DNA of 27,597 nucleotides from an uncultured bacterium (GTDB lineage Bacteria; SAR324; NAC60-12): positions 1 through 27,597 of the forward strand of contig CAXGMD010000047.1 in assembly GCA_964010765.1 (NCBI GenBank), written 5' to 3'. Below the pieces are notes generated by a model that ran no database searches, was not told the origin of the DNA, and was given only the letters and a program-made list of their open reading frames with translations. Both the position numbers and the translations under genes were made by a program. Positions 16,817-26,538 of the stretch are shown here, piece by piece (the first letter of the stretch is position 1; each line of letters starts with the position of its first letter).

Positions 16817-17902
16817 ATGCTTCCAAAAATTCCTCCTCCCTGGCTTTGGCGCAATCCGTTGCTCCGTACTGCTCTGGCTACTCTTGCGTTTGTTTACGAA
16901 GCACTACTGCTGCTACGCCTATGGATGTATCGGCATGGATTGATCACAACCTTTCGCCCTCCTGTGCCAGTGATTGCTGTAGGAAACCTGACAGTAGGAG
17001 GTACTGGCAAGACTCCAGTCATCGAAATGCTCATGTGTTCCCTGCAGCAGCAGCAAAGAAGGATTGTGATTCTCAGTCGGGGTTACGGAAGGTGTTCCAA
17101 AGCGACCCTCCAACGTTTCTGTTCAGCGGATGCTCCCTGGCCTCTGAGTCCAAAATTATTAGGTGATGAACCGACATGGCTAGCTCAACGTCATCCTGAG
17201 GTGCCCGTCTATGTGGGATCTTCTAGAATTCGTAATGCGCGCTGGGCTTTGCTCCGTGATCGACCTGATCTGATTCTGTTGGATGATGCCTACCAACATC
17301 TTGCTGTAGCAAGAGATCTCAACCTGCTGCTGATTGATGCAGAGCGAGGCCTTGGCAATCGCCAACTCCTTCCATTGGGTGAGTTGCGTGAGCCTGAGCA
17401 TCACTGGCACCGGGCTGATGCGATACTACTGACCAAAGCCAATCTGGGTTTCTCTGATGCTTGGATGCATCTGTTAAGGCAGGAACTCAAGGTGGATCGA
17501 CCAATCTTTCGCTGTGACTATCTACCTGTCCGCTTACGAAGATTGGATGGTCAGGAAGTGAGAGATGTCAAAACACTGGCTGAGGAAGCGGTTTTTGCCA
17601 ATTGTGGGATTGCCCAACCAGAGGGTTTCGCTCAAGTACTGCGACCTCTCTGTCAGAGCTTGGAAGACCTTTCGAGCTGGCCCGACCATCACTCCTACAC
17701 TGGTGAAGATGTTCAGCGGTTGTTGTGGCTTTGGCGTAAAAGCCGTGCGCAGCGTTGGGTGACAACAGAGAAGGATGCAGTCAAACTAGCTGCCTTTGCA
17801 GAGTTGGCCGAAATCGTCTGGATTTTAGAGATGGAGGTAGTACCAGAGCCGTCTTGGCATCAGTTCTTTAGTGGCTTTTTGCAATGTCATCCGTTAAAGT
17901 AA
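16817..17902 (+). CDS. lpxK: Tetraacyldisaccharide 4'-kinase
   Basis: [66 protein letters not shown]. Confidence 0.96.
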   Translation: MLPKIPPPWLWRNPLLRTALATLAFVYEALLLLRLWMYRHGLITTFRPPVPVIAVGNLTVGGTGKTPVIEMLMCSLQQQQRRIVILSRGYGRCSKATLQRFCSADAPWPLSPKLLGDEPTWLAQRHPEVPVYVGSSRIRNARWALLRDRPDLILLDDAYQHLAVARDLNLLLIDAERGLGNRQLLPLGELREPEHHWHRADAILLTKANLGFSDAWMHLLRQELKVDRPIFRCDYLPVRLRRLDGQEVRDVKTLAEEAVFANCGIAQPEGFAQVLRPLCQSLEDLSSWPDHHSYTGEDVQRLLWLWRKSRAQRWVTTEKDAVKLAAFAELAEIVWILEMEVVPEPSWHQFFSGFLQCHPLK

Positions 17903-17935
17903 TGTTTTTATAACTCTAATCTGGAGTAGATGCTG

Positions 17936-18454
17936 ATGGCGCTTTTACAGGTTCATGAATTCCCAGATCCAATCCTGCAGCAGCACGCCATGCCGGTCAC
18001 GGTTTTTGATGATAAATTGCGCCAACTTGCTGCGGACATGTTGGAGACCATGTACGAAGAAAGAGGGATTGGCTTAGCAGCCAACCAGGTAGCAGTCCTC
18101 AAACAAATTGTCGTGGTCGATGTGATGGCAGGAGACGAAGATCACGGCCAGCGAGAGCCTCAAGTGTTGGTCAATCCAAAGATCGTAGCTGCTAGTGGAG
18201 AGACCGCAATCGAGGAAGGTTGTCTGAGTGTCCCAGAATTTCGTGCAGAAGTCCCTCGTGCTGAGAAAATCACGGTTGAATACCAAGATCTGGAGGGGCA
18301 ACCGCAGACATTGGAAGCAGACGGACTGTTGGCTATCTGTCTACAGCATGAGTTTGATCATCTACGTGGACGCCTGTTCATTGACTATCTCCCACCACTC
18401 AAGCAACGAATGGTGAAAAAGCGGCTCGCAAAATTGGCACGGATGCCCGCATGA
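17936..18454 (+). CDS. def: Peptide deformylase
   Basis: GIGLAANQ, EGCLSVP, QHEFDHL motifs; GGAG at 17923-17926 favours ATG 17936 over 17930. Confidence 0.97.
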   Translation: MALLQVHEFPDPILQQHAMPVTVFDDKLRQLAADMLETMYEERGIGLAANQVAVLKQIVVVDVMAGDEDHGQREPQVLVNPKIVAASGETAIEEGCLSVPEFRAEVPRAEKITVEYQDLEGQPQTLEADGLLAICLQHEFDHLRGRLFIDYLPPLKQRMVKKRLAKLARMPA

Positions 18455-18894
18455 TTCGATGGCTTGGTCTGCTCTGCTGCAGTTTGCTCCTGGTTGGATT
18501 ACTGCAGGCACGCACATTCAGTTACCAGCAGGCAACAGTAATCACCCAGAGAGGTGTGAAAATCTCTGTCGAAGTCTCGGATACCCCAGCCAAACGCCAA
18601 CAAGGCTTGAGCGACCGCTCCCAACTCAAACCAGGATGGGGCATGTTGTTTGTGTTTGAGCGTTCAGGGCGTCATGGTTTCTGGATGAAAGATATGAACT
18701 TCCCAATCGACATTCTTTGGCTACGCAATAGCCGTGTAGTTTATGTGGCGGAGAATGTACCCCCACCTTCTTCTGGTGAAACCCCCGTGACCATCACCCC
18801 AGACAAGTCGGCCAATCTGGTTCTGGAACTGGACGCAGGGCAAGCTCGCGCACTCGGCCTTGCTGTTGGTAGCACCCTTGACTACCGCTGGTGA
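18451..18894 (+). CDS. DUF192 family exported protein
   Basis: VEVSDTPAKRQQGLS, GMLFVF, FWMKDMNFPIDILWL, VLELDAG; signal peptide; ATGA overlap with def. Confidence 0.9.
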   Translation: MIRWLGLLCCSLLLVGLLQARTFSYQQATVITQRGVKISVEVSDTPAKRQQGLSDRSQLKPGWGMLFVFERSGRHGFWMKDMNFPIDILWLRNSRVVYVAENVPPPSSGETPVTITPDKSANLVLELDAGQARALGLAVGSTLDYRW

Positions 18895-18912
18895 GGTGAT
18901 GAGGCCTTCCCT

Positions 18913-20061
18913 ATGAGCAAAGATTCCTTGACGGTTGTGCGCAGCAACGGTGATCGTGAGCCGTTTCTACGTGGCATCATGACACGTACCCTGACGGAAC
19001 AAGGTGTTTCCTTCGAAAAAGCCTATCTCATCACCAAGGAAATCAAGAAGAAGCTAAACCGACGTCGACAGATTTCTTCAACAGATCTAGGACTACTCCT
19101 GGAAAAATACCTGGAGCAGAAGCATCCTCGTCTTCAACGTAATCCTGTCAAATCAGAGCTTCCTCAACTCTGGGTACATCGTGGTGAGAGTCGTTATCCT
19201 TTTTCAAAAGGGATGCTCAGCCAGTCGATCACTTCTGCAGGGATTTCGCCAGGCAAGGCCTACCTGATTTCGCGCCAGATTGAGCAGGATCTGATCCTGT
19301 TGGGCAAAATGGAGATCAAGTCGGAGGAACTGATACAGTTGGTGCGGCAGCAGCTGCAAACGCAGTTTAGCCCTGACATTGCTCGCACTTATGAAGTCGC
19401 CAGCCGGATAAATGATCTGCCTCATCCTGTAATCCTCTACGTCGCTGGTGCCCCAGGAACGGGAAAATCGACATTGGCCCAGGCACTTGCTAGCCGTTTA
19501 GGAATTCTCAATGTAGTGGGTACGGATAGTATCCGCGAAATTATGCGCCTTTCCTTCAGTAAAGAGATTGTGCCAACGCTTCACGTCTCTTCCTTCGAAG
19601 CAGGCAGTCAGTTGTTTTTTGATGAAAAGAAAGCCTCACAAGAAAGAATGGTTGCAGGTTTTGCTCTGCAGTCCCAGCAGGTCTGTGTGGGAATACGGGC
19701 GATGGTGCGCAGAGCGATTGCCGAAGGTACAAATTTACTGATTGAAGGAGTTCACTTACTACCGTTTCTGATCAGGATGCCAGAGTTTGAGGGCCACGCC
19801 TACCACATCCCATTACTGCTTCGACTTCAGGAAGGAGAAGATCATATGAATCGTTTCCGAATCCGAGGCAAGTTGCAGCAGCGTCGAGCAGAGAAACACT
19901 ACCTCGAACACTTTGAGGAAATTCGTACCGTTCACGAATACTACCACCAGCAGGCCCAGCAATTTGACCTGGATCAGGTCGATAACGTGGAGTTGGACCA
20001 GACCATCCAACAGTCACTGCAAATTGTTCTCAGTAACCTGCAGGAACAACTCGCCAATTAA
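18913..20061 (+). CDS. 2-phosphoglycerate kinase-like P-loop kinase with two N-terminal ATP-cone-like domains (COG2074-type)
   Basis: GAPGTGKST, VVGTDSIREIMR, LHVSSF, LIEGVHL; repeats PFLRGIMTRTL...KAYLI and PFSKGMLSQSI...KAYLI. Confidence 0.82.
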   Translation: MSKDSLTVVRSNGDREPFLRGIMTRTLTEQGVSFEKAYLITKEIKKKLNRRRQISSTDLGLLLEKYLEQKHPRLQRNPVKSELPQLWVHRGESRYPFSKGMLSQSITSAGISPGKAYLISRQIEQDLILLGKMEIKSEELIQLVRQQLQTQFSPDIARTYEVASRINDLPHPVILYVAGAPGTGKSTLAQALASRLGILNVVGTDSIREIMRLSFSKEIVPTLHVSSFEAGSQLFFDEKKASQERMVAGFALQSQQVCVGIRAMVRRAIAEGTNLLIEGVHLLPFLIRMPEFEGHAYHIPLLLRLQEGEDHMNRFRIRGKLQQRRAEKHYLEHFEEIRTVHEYYHQQAQQFDLDQVDNVELDQTIQQSLQIVLSNLQEQLAN

Positions 20062-20088
20062 TTCTTCTCCTTTCGTGCAGGCAATCCT

Positions 20089-21300
20089 GTGAGTTCAGTG
20101 GCCTCTGGCCTTCCTCTGACGACAGAACAACAGGCAACAGCAATCCGGATTATTTGGGCTGCTCGCTTGGTCGTACTGTTTCCGATGATCAGTGTCGGTA
20201 TCTGGTTTGTCTACATTCCCTGGAAAGTGGCTGTACTAAATCTGACTCCACTTGATTTCAGCAAGGTCTTACTGTGCTTTGCCATCAGTTCGATCACGGC
20301 AACACAGCTTGGAGGCCGTCGATTGATTCCCCGCTTTGGTGCAGGACCGCTGATGATCGCAGCGATGTGCTGCTTTTCTCCCTGCCTTGCGCTGGCTGTT
20401 CTTGCTCCCACCTACCTGCTCATGTTGCTTGCTGTCATTCCTTGTGGATTCTTTTTTGGTTTAGTCGCACCCTCAGCTACAGCAGAAACCTTTCGGATGG
20501 AAAAGTTGACAGGCCGCTTTTTGATGCCGATGCATAGCGCTTTCTTCTCGATCGGATCTCTCGTAGGCTCAGTGGTTGGAGGCACTTTGTTGCAATTGGA
20601 GGTGCCGGCTCATTGGGTCTTTCCGATCATGGCCGGAAATGGAATGTTTGTGAGCTTGTTACTCTGGAAGATTTGTCTACAGGGAGAGCGCCCAGCCCGA
20701 ACCCAGGCGCCTCCATTGCGTTGGCCAGACCGAAGAGTACTCGGTTTCGGGATACTCGGTGCACTGAGTTTGAGTACGATTGGTGTTGTGCTTGACTGGT
20801 CTGCACTCTGGCTGACAAGGGATATGTTGGTACCGATGGCTTATGGGGGAGCAATTATCTTCGCCTTCAGTTTGGGTGAAATTGCAGCCCGCCTGCGAGG
20901 AGAATCGCTGATTCAACGCTTTGGAGAAATGAGGATCGGGAGTCATGCGATGATTCTGGGAGGTGCGGTTCTATTACCAGCGGTACTTTCTCAAAATCCC
21001 GTTCTGATAGTGCTTGTGTTCCTCTTCTTTGGCTTTGTTAGTGCCAATTTTTTTCCCACTGTCATGCGAAATGCAGCAGAAATTGATCCTGAAAATTCCG
21101 GGGTCAACATCGCAGATGTCAACACCTTGTCAATGGCAGGACTGCTCTTCGGCCCTCCACTGGTTGGTTACATTGCCGAACATTATTCAATCACCCATAC
21201 GATGGCACTGCTGGCTGTCATCTGGGGTTGTAACGGAGTGGGTATGTACTTCCTACTGAGAGCTAAACAACAGCGAACTCAGCACATCTCGATTGCCTGA
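20089..21300 (+). CDS. MFS transporter
   Basis: About 12 TMs; motif-A-like GRRLIPRFG and GESLIQRFG; MHSAFFSIGSLVG; GPPLVGYIAE; GTG start. Confidence 0.9.
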   Translation: MSSVASGLPLTTEQQATAIRIIWAARLVVLFPMISVGIWFVYIPWKVAVLNLTPLDFSKVLLCFAISSITATQLGGRRLIPRFGAGPLMIAAMCCFSPCLALAVLAPTYLLMLLAVIPCGFFFGLVAPSATAETFRMEKLTGRFLMPMHSAFFSIGSLVGSVVGGTLLQLEVPAHWVFPIMAGNGMFVSLLLWKICLQGERPARTQAPPLRWPDRRVLGFGILGALSLSTIGVVLDWSALWLTRDMLVPMAYGGAIIFAFSLGEIAARLRGESLIQRFGEMRIGSHAMILGGAVLLPAVLSQNPVLIVLVFLFFGFVSANFFPTVMRNAAEIDPENSGVNIADVNTLSMAGLLFGPPLVGYIAEHYSITHTMALLAVIWGCNGVGMYFLLRAKQQRTQHISIA

Positions 21301-21329
21301 CTTAGCACATTCAAAGCTCAAGAAATTAG

Positions 21330-21470
21330 ATTGTTTTTACAGCAGTGGTGACCTGGATTCTGCTCAAGCTGACAGATGAATTGGTTGGGCTGCGGCTGGA
21401 TGAAAATTCAGAGGTGGCAGGCTTGGGTATCAGTTCTCATGAAGAGCGAGGCTACAACTTCACCAGCTGA
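21330..21470 (+). pseudogene. amtB: 3' remnant of an ammonium transporter (Amt) gene
   Basis: Translates IVFTAVVTWILLKLTDELVGLRLDENSEVAGLGISSHEERGYNFTS*, matching Amt TM11 plus the C-terminal GLRVxxxxExxGLDxxxHxExxY tail; in-frame TAG directly upstream (21327-21329). Confidence 0.8.
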
Positions 21471-21488
21471 GTTACTGCCGTCTTGGGT

Positions 21489-23084
21489 TTAACCAAGCAA
21501 CTCTTTCTCACCGTCTTCGATGCTCTCTGGATCCAGTGGCAGAAACAGTGTGAAGGTTGAGCCTTTGTCAATTTGGCTGCGAACCCCAACTCGCCCCTTG
21601 AGTAGGTGAGTGGTTAATCGTACCAGCGCCAGACCCAATCCTGTACCGGCATAACTACGAGTGACAGAACTGTCGACCTGCTGGAAAGCCTTGAAAATCT
21701 TCTCCAAGTGATCAGCCGCAATACCGACTCCGGTATCGTGCACCGCAAGTTGGAACCAGTCCCCGTCGCGACTGAGCGTAACACTGATCGCACCACCTTC
21801 TGGAGTAAACTTGATGGCGTTACCCAGCAGGTTGATCAGCATCTGGCGTAACTTGTCCCGATCCAGGCGACAGGTGAATACACGACCTTGAGCAACCAGT
21901 TGGCTCTGCAGTTGCTTGCGGTGCATCAGCGGTTCCAGCAGATTGAGTACTTCTTCAGCGACCTCTCTCGGAGCAAACTCGGTGAAGTGCAGTTGCATCT
22001 TCCCCGCTTCCATGCGTGACAGATCCAGCAAAGAGTTGATCATATCGAGCAACTGTTGACCGCTATCTCGAATGCGACCTAGTCGATCTTGCTGATAGTC
22101 GGAGAGGGTAGTCTCGTCATCATCCAGCAAGGCATCAGCAAAGCCAATGATGGCGTTGAGTGGCGTGCGCAACTCGTGAGACATGTTCGTCAAGAATTCA
22201 CTCTTGGTCTGGGAAGCTCTCTCCAGCTCAGCGAAGGAATTGCGCAACTGTTGAGTCCGTTGCTGAATGGCAATCAGCATTTCTCGAAACTCCTCGGCTA
22301 ATTCACCAATCTCGTCTTGCGTCGAAATCTCGATCTGTCCATCAAAATTCTCATCTTTGACCCGCCGGACAGCGTCCCGTAATTCTTGCAGTGAGCGAGC
22401 GATCTGTTCTCCGAGCAACCGGGAGAGAATCCAGCCAATCAGAAAGACGGCCAGTGCAATGAAGAGGATGCGAATATTGAGATCAATCACCTCATTGCGA
22501 ATCTGCAGGGTATTCTGTCTTGAGAAATTCGACTGCCAGCGAACAATAGTGGCGATAGCGTCTTCGATGTTCAACTGTAGTGGCAGGATTTTGTTGACCA
22601 TCATGTCGTTGGCCAGCAGCCAATCACTATCACGCCGATCCGTCTGATTGTTGGTATTGGCAAGGGAGCGGAAGGTCAGGGCCTCAACCTGTTGTTGTAG
22701 CTCATTCAGGTTACGAATCAGCAGCCGAATATCATAGAAGGTTCGGGCTTCGACTTGGCGTTCATCCTGCCAGAGGCGTGATGTTTTGTAGAGGCGATCA
22801 AGCTCCAGCAGAGCAGGCTCAATCTCCTCATCCCAGGCATTCATCCGTCCTTCACGAAAGATACTATTGCCTGAAAGCAGCCACTCCCGTTGTGAGGAAA
22901 CGGCGTGGTGCATTCCGTTGTTGAGTCGAAACCAGGCTTCGGTCACAGGTGGAATCTGTGAACTGTCCTCCACCAGTTCACCCTGTTGCTGCGAAAGCAG
23001 ATAGATCAGGATGTAGCCAAGCAGAGAAAGAACGGAACTGAGATAAAAGACGACCAGAATTTTATTGCGTATGCTGCCGGTCAT
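21489..23084 (-). CDS. Sensor histidine kinase (TM - periplasmic helical sensor - TM - HAMP - HisKA - HATPase), no receiver domain
   Basis: KSEFLTNMSHELRTPLNAIIGF, QMLINLLGNAIKFT, VHDTGVGI, FQQVD, GTGLGL; HAMP DEIGELAEEF; GGAGG SD. Confidence 0.95.
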   Translation of the reverse strand: MTGSIRNKILVVFYLSSVLSLLGYILIYLLSQQQGELVEDSSQIPPVTEAWFRLNNGMHHAVSSQREWLLSGNSIFREGRMNAWDEEIEPALLELDRLYKTSRLWQDERQVEARTFYDIRLLIRNLNELQQQVEALTFRSLANTNNQTDRRDSDWLLANDMMVNKILPLQLNIEDAIATIVRWQSNFSRQNTLQIRNEVIDLNIRILFIALAVFLIGWILSRLLGEQIARSLQELRDAVRRVKDENFDGQIEISTQDEIGELAEEFREMLIAIQQRTQQLRNSFAELERASQTKSEFLTNMSHELRTPLNAIIGFADALLDDDETTLSDYQQDRLGRIRDSGQQLLDMINSLLDLSRMEAGKMQLHFTEFAPREVAEEVLNLLEPLMHRKQLQSQLVAQGRVFTCRLDRDKLRQMLINLLGNAIKFTPEGGAISVTLSRDGDWFQLAVHDTGVGIAADHLEKIFKAFQQVDSSVTRSYAGTGLGLALVRLTTHLLKGRVGVRSQIDKGSTFTLFLPLDPESIEDGEKELLG

Positions 23085-23137
23085 GCCTCCCTAGGGAACG
23101 GAGATTGGGAAAAAAGGACCTGAAGGCCCGTCCCTTG

Positions 23138-23154
23138 CTGGTATACGCCTTGAA
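23138..23154 (+). promoter_or_regulatory. Candidate sigma-54 (-24/-12) promoter for the flg operon
   Basis: CTGGTATACGCCTTGAA vs consensus YTGGCACG-N4-TTGCW: GG-N10-G spacing correct, C to A at -12; about 50 nt upstream of the flgF ATG. Confidence 0.5.
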
Positions 23155-23203
23155 TGCGGAATCCTGCCTACCTCACTGCAATCGTCTGATTCGGAGCATT
23201 TTC

Positions 23204-23980
23204 ATGAGCGGAGTCTATAGTCTGGTCAAGGCCGCCGGCGCTGTCGAGCGCAAGATGGACACGGTGTCCAACAACCTGGCCAACGTCAATACTACTGGTT
23301 TTAAAGAAGACCAACCGAGCTTCCGTGAGGTGCTTTCCAAAGCACAGCAGGTGCTGCCGGAATCGGAAGAAGAGCGATTCCTGTCCCATGAATACTTGGA
23401 TCAGTATGTGGGCATGGAGAAATCTGCCGTGACCGTAGATGAAATTGGAAAAAATTTCTCGCCCGGACCCATGCAGCAAACAGACAATGCCTTGGATCTG
23501 GCAATCAACAATGAAGGTTTTTTCACCATCGACACGCCTTTTGGTCAGCGCTTCACCCGTAATGGAAACTTCCAGCTGAACAGTGAGGGCACGATCGTCA
23601 CTTCAGACAACTACCCAGTGCTGGGCGAGAACGGTCCCATTCAGGTGAAAGGCCAAGAAATTTTTGTAGACTATCAAGGTCGAGTACAGGTGGATGGACA
23701 GCTTGCTGACCGTCTACTGACCGTCCGCTTCCGTAACCAGGACAACCTGCAGAAGCTGGGCAACTCTTTCTTCGCACCGATCAGCAGTGACGATGTGCCG
23801 ATTCCTTCCGAGGAAGTTCGAGTCCAGCAGGGAATGCTGGAAGGCTCCAACGTCAACACCGTCATGGAGATGACTCGCATGATCAGCGCAAACCGCACGT
23901 ACGAATCGATTCAGAAATCTTTGAGCAGCGTTGACCGGATGAACGAGCGAGCAATTAGTATTTCTCGGCTCCGGGGATAA
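23204..23980 (+). CDS. flgF: Flagellar basal-body rod protein FlgF
   Basis: SNNLANVNTTGFK, TDNALDLAI, FTRNGNF, QGMLEGSNVN..EMTRMI; GGAG SD supports ATG 23204; lies immediately before flgG. Confidence 0.9.
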   Translation: MSGVYSLVKAAGAVERKMDTVSNNLANVNTTGFKEDQPSFREVLSKAQQVLPESEEERFLSHEYLDQYVGMEKSAVTVDEIGKNFSPGPMQQTDNALDLAINNEGFFTIDTPFGQRFTRNGNFQLNSEGTIVTSDNYPVLGENGPIQVKGQEIFVDYQGRVQVDGQLADRLLTVRFRNQDNLQKLGNSFFAPISSDDVPIPSEEVRVQQGMLEGSNVNTVMEMTRMISANRTYESIQKSLSSVDRMNERAISISRLRG

Positions 23981-24005
23981 CCTTTTTATAGCGAGTTGAA
24001 GCCTT

Positions 24006-24794
24006 ATGATGCGATCTCTTTACACTGCAGCTACCGGTATGGGAGCCCAGCAGCGCAATATTGATGTCACCGCCAACAACCTGGCCAACGTCAACACCAC
24101 AGGTTTCAAAAAGAGCCGAGTACACTTTCAGGACTTGCTCTACCACAACGAACGCAACGCAGGTGTGCCAGCCTCACTGTCCACTCAGGTTCCAGTGGGT
24201 CTTCATGTTGGACACGGTGTGAAACAGGTCTCCACGGAAAAAGTCCATGTGACTGGAAATCTGCAGAACACTGGTAACGATCTGGACATCAGTATTGACG
24301 GTGCTGGTTTCTTCCAGATCCTGCAGCCTAATGGCATCATCGCTTACTCCCGTGACGGACACTTCAATATTGATGGTCAGGGGCGTCTGGTGACCAATGA
24401 TGGGATGCCTGTTGACCCAGAGATCAACATTCCAGTTGATACTCGGAAAGTTGAGATCAGCAATGATGGTACGGTTTCTGTGTTCCTTCGCGATGAAACT
24501 CAACCAGAAGCCATCGGCAGTCTCCAACTTGCTCGTTTCCAGAATCCAGCAGGTCTGACACCGATTGGCAAAAATCTGTACGTCTCCACGCCAGCCTCTG
24601 GTAACGCTGTTTTGGATAGCCCAGCCGCGAACGGTATGGGTGGCCTCAACCAGGGCTTCCTTGAAGGTTCCAACGTCTCGTTGGTAGAAGAGATGGTCAA
24701 CATGATCACTGCCCAGCGAGCCTACGAAGTCAATTCCAAGGCGATTCAGTCTTCCGATGAGATGCTGAAGACAGCAAATGGCCTGATCCGTTGA
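24006..24794 (+). CDS. flgG: Flagellar distal rod protein FlgG
   Basis: MMRSLYTAATGM, ANNLANVNTTGFKKSR..FQDLLY, GFLEGSNVSLVEEMVNMITAQRAYEVNSKAIQSSDEML. Confidence 0.97.
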   Translation: MMRSLYTAATGMGAQQRNIDVTANNLANVNTTGFKKSRVHFQDLLYHNERNAGVPASLSTQVPVGLHVGHGVKQVSTEKVHVTGNLQNTGNDLDISIDGAGFFQILQPNGIIAYSRDGHFNIDGQGRLVTNDGMPVDPEINIPVDTRKVEISNDGTVSVFLRDETQPEAIGSLQLARFQNPAGLTPIGKNLYVSTPASGNAVLDSPAANGMGGLNQGFLEGSNVSLVEEMVNMITAQRAYEVNSKAIQSSDEMLKTANGLIR

Positions 24795-24809
24795 GCATTC
24801 GGTAACCTG

Positions 24810-25790
24810 ATGAAAAACCTGTGGCTACTGATTGGTCTGTTAATCGGATTTGTACTGCCGGTCAGTGCGGTTGAGGCGCTGAGTGAAGAAGACTTTGATA
24901 AGATTCAGGTCTTCCTCGCTGAGACAGCCGCAGTGTCTGATGAAGAGTATACCCTCGGAGAAATTGCGGAGCTACAGGGCAACGATCCCAACTTGGTTGA
25001 TCGCATCGCTGGACTGAAGGTAGGCCGCTCTCCACTACCGGGCAGAAATCTGACAGTCACTCGTTCTCTACTGCTCTCCCGTCTACGCTTCCACAAGGTA
25101 GACATCGACAAGTTGGTCTTCCCCAACAATGACACCGTCAAAGTCTATCGAGCCGCGCTCAAGGTGCCCGGAAAAGATATTGAAGAAGCAGTACTGGCTT
25201 TCATCGAAAACAGGCATCCAGACGAGGACGTTCAACCCAAGCTGTTGGCACAGGTCAACGATGTGTTCCTGCCGCGTGGAGAACTGAGCTATAACATCAG
25301 TGAGATAGGAATTTACAAGAAAGAAGGGGGATACCGAAACTACCAGGTTCATTTCCGGGTCGATGGAGAATCAGCACGCAAGGTGACTGTGCGGGCGTAT
25401 CTGAAGGTCTATAAGGAGATCTTTGTCGCCAAGGATACGATTCAGCGAGATAAGATCATTGAAGAGACCGATCTGGTGCGAGTGCGCCGCAACGTGGATC
25501 GAACAACAGCCGATTATGTCACCGAACCCCAGGATCTGGTGGGTAAAATCGCAACCCGCACAATCAATCCGAAGGAAGTGATCCAGGAAAGAACCGTTGC
25601 CACTCCACCACTGGTCAATAGTGGAGACCGTCTGATGATTGTTTATGAAACCCCTCTACTCCGCTTGACAGCTCCTGGTATTTCGATGTCCAAGGGGCGC
25701 ATGGGCGAAAAAATTCCAGTTCGTAACGCAGATAGCAAATTGGTGGTCTACGCCACCGTGCAGGATGAGAACACGGTTCAGGTACAGTGA
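24810..25790 (+). CDS. flgA: Flagellar P-ring formation chaperone FlgA (long form)
   Basis: Signal peptide; SAF region VAKDTIQRDKIIEETDL; C-terminal PPLVNSGD...G..GEKIPVRNADSKLVVYATV; position between flgG and flgH. Confidence 0.9.
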   Translation: MKNLWLLIGLLIGFVLPVSAVEALSEEDFDKIQVFLAETAAVSDEEYTLGEIAELQGNDPNLVDRIAGLKVGRSPLPGRNLTVTRSLLLSRLRFHKVDIDKLVFPNNDTVKVYRAALKVPGKDIEEAVLAFIENRHPDEDVQPKLLAQVNDVFLPRGELSYNISEIGIYKKEGGYRNYQVHFRVDGESARKVTVRAYLKVYKEIFVAKDTIQRDKIIEETDLVRVRRNVDRTTADYVTEPQDLVGKIATRTINPKEVIQERTVATPPLVNSGDRLMIVYETPLLRLTAPGISMSKGRMGEKIPVRNADSKLVVYATVQDENTVQVQ

Positions 25791-26525
25791 ATGAACAAGA
25801 ACAAAGTGGTTAGAACTCTGATTTTGTGGGGACTGCTGATAGTCATTGCTGGCTGTTCAGCGTTGGCACCGCCGCCGCCGCCACAACCGATCAGGAAACA
25901 GTTGGCAGATAATTCTGCACGTCGTCAGCGCCAGCCTGCACTCAATACGAGCCGTAATGCCCTGGAAGGATCCCTTTGGCGTAGTGAGGCTTCCTTCGGT
26001 AACCTCTTCCGCGATCACAGAGCTCGTTATCGTGGGGATCTGCTCACCATTCAGGAAGTGGATTTGATCAGCAACGTTCCTCCACCCAAAGAGGGTGGCG
26101 GAGATGGTGGGCAAGCTGCAGCTGCGCCACAGAATGAGGTTCAAGCAGCAAGTCTAGCTCTGGAAGCGTTGACTCTGCGGAATGCGATTGAAGAAGAGCA
26201 GAATGAAATTCTACGAGGACTGAACACGATCAGCGCACGAGTCGTTCGTGTTTACCCAGATGGAAACATGCTCATCTCTGGACAGAAAGTGGACTACCGA
26301 CAGCGCAATCAGGTGCGCTATGTGACCACTGTGCAGGGAGTGCTACGTCCTGCAGATGTCAGCGGAGAAAACCTTGTTTCAGCAACGAAACTGGTGAATC
26401 CTGAAATCAAAGTGCGAAGACAGCAATCTAGTGGTCTGGTCCGTGAGAGACTGGAGCAGTTGGCACCGTTGATTGGCAGCGATGCTGCTGGACTAGCAGG
26501 GCGTTTGAGCGATCTCGGCAACTAA
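25791..26525 (+). CDS. flgH: Flagellar L-ring lipoprotein FlgH (divergent)
   Basis: Lipobox VIAGC; GSLW...LFRDHRARYRGDLLTI; ISARVVRVYPDGNMLISGQK; GVLRPADVSGENLVS. Confidence 0.82.
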   Translation: MNKNKVVRTLILWGLLIVIAGCSALAPPPPPQPIRKQLADNSARRQRQPALNTSRNALEGSLWRSEASFGNLFRDHRARYRGDLLTIQEVDLISNVPPPKEGGGDGGQAAAAPQNEVQAASLALEALTLRNAIEEEQNEILRGLNTISARVVRVYPDGNMLISGQKVDYRQRNQVRYVTTVQGVLRPADVSGENLVSATKLVNPEIKVRRQQSSGLVRERLEQLAPLIGSDAAGLAGRLSDLGN

Positions 26526-26538
26526 GCCAAACTTTCTC

